Assembly: GCA_026770705.1 (NCBI GenBank)
Contig: JANJGN010000242.1
Location: forward strand, 310,001 to 374,000
DNA length: 64,000 bases
Direction: 5' to 3'
Source: Isurus oxyrinchus
Lineage: Eukaryota
This document shows positions 62,586-64,000 of the stretch, piece by piece (positions within the stretch are counted from its first letter, which is position 1; the number at the start of each line of letters is the position of its first letter). Made by a program: the position numbers and the translations under genes. The notes under the pieces were generated by a model. That model saw only the letters and a list, made by a program, of their open reading frames with translations, did not search any database and had not been told where the DNA came from.

Positions 62586-64000
62586 TGTTGTATTAAACTC
62601 TTTGAGCTGTTACACTTATGAGGAAAAAAAATCAGGAACAATCTACATCTTTGTGGAAAGATTGGACAGGCCGGTCCTCTTGTCTCTGGAGAACAGAGGA
62701 GCAAGAGCAGAAATCAGTGAAATCGTTTAAATAATGAACGGGCTCATTGGGGTGGTTGTAGAATAGCTGATTATTTGTGGGTGAGCCTAGGGCCATTAAC
62801 ATAACACAGTCACTAAGAGAACAAATAATGACATTAAGAAGGACAAGTGTAAAAACAGGCAGGTCAGAATGTGAAACTACTGCCGCAGGCAGTGGTTGGA
62901 GCAGATAGTACTGACACATTTATGAGGAGACTTAAAAATACAGAAGGGAGAACGAAACAGAGTGACTCAGGGAGCTGAGTGGAAATTGTCAATTAGATTT
63001 CGGGCAGATGGCGGCTGGTCCGCAGTAAGTAAACAGGCATAAATCATTTGAGCCGAATGGATTAATCCCCTTCAGGCAGATTCTGTGTAAAGTAAAATTT
63101 AGAGAGAACTCCAATTAGAGAGCCCGTCAATCTGTAAATGGGCGGAAAAATTTTTTGAAATTGTCCGAGAGCCGGAAGAGGCAGTTCCCAGTGAGTAACA
63201 GTAAAACCACTGCGGTAACTGAACAGGCTGAGGCCAATCGACTACTGCGAAACTCTGAGACAATTTCCCACGATTGCTAAATCCCCATGCAAGAAACGCA
63301 AACAGCACAAAGGAAATCTGGAAATAAAATGAAACTAAATGTAAGTATTTCAAAATGAATGGAAATGGAGAAGTATGAAACCTATTGATATAAGAAATTA
63401 AGATTTTTTTTTTCAAACAAACACTGATTGAAAAACATTCACTCAATATTTTTCCTTCCGATTACGTTTAAAGAATCGTGGTCTCTTAGATTTAATCTGC
63501 TGCAACCAGTGTTGGTAATGATGATATACAAATGTATCCGCGGCCCCACATTGCAGACGGTGACTCGGGTGATCGGCCACATCGACCTCTCAGGATTCAT
63601 GTTTCACGAAGGTCACTGTCACTACCTGCTGAAAGGACCTTTGGTTGTGTTAAATGTGCTTAAAAATACAAGTTGTATTTGTGCTAGCTCTGAGGCAAAA
63701 CAAATTTATGTCATGCACTGTTCTGCGCTTTTTCAGGCCAGGAGCATTCAAAATCAGAAGGAAATTGGGCGATATTTAACGTGCAAAACTTGTGTATGAA
63801 GCAGGAACGCCTTGTCGGGTCTTAATTTTGTCTTTCGATGAATCAGCTGAGGATTATGTCTTTGAATGCACATTGGGGATCAGCGGCAGCTACTTAAAGG
63901 TCGATTCAACAATCGACCACGTTTGTGTGACGTACAGTCGACCAAATTAGTGTGACGTCCTCGGCTCCTGAAGTCGTTTATTGGCCCTTTTCTGCCCTTG

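Overview
Eukaryotic (vertebrate) DNA from the variable-gene array of a T-cell receptor alpha/delta locus, almost certainly a cartilaginous fish (shark). The evidence is shark-type CR1/L2/Penelope/HE1/Deu-SINE repeats and an IgNAR-like V. About 22 TCR V segments or relics have a leader/intron/V-exon/23-RSS layout. Six look fully intact (9423, 20351, 25341, 41675 and 44187 on +; 31025 on -). One more has an open V exon but no clean leader (22815). The rest are pseudogenes, and five V segments or relics are inverted. The array was built by segmental duplication (about 7.1-16.7 kb = 35.1-45.3 kb; about 24.3-31.2 kb = 42.9-49.4 kb) with reciprocal pseudogenisation. The most unusual object is at 60.2-61.2 kb: a decayed NAR-TCR-like cassette. 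Its IgNAR-like V (extra FR1 Cys) carries a D-like 3' extension and a 12-bp-spacer RSS facing a 23-RSS DGxGT-type J, with no free D between them. This suggests a germline-joined VD or a D-less V-J cassette. CTCF-consensus motifs sit at fixed positions, upstream of some V promoters and just beyond the RSS of one inverted family. A (TG)n-interspersed satellite with about 20 co-oriented CTCF-like motifs lies just before the NAR-like cassette. Penelope termini with hammerhead-ribozyme-like cores are also present. No TCR D, J or C segments and no supporting TCR-delta V were found. Coordinates were counted by hand, and repeat boundaries are approximate.
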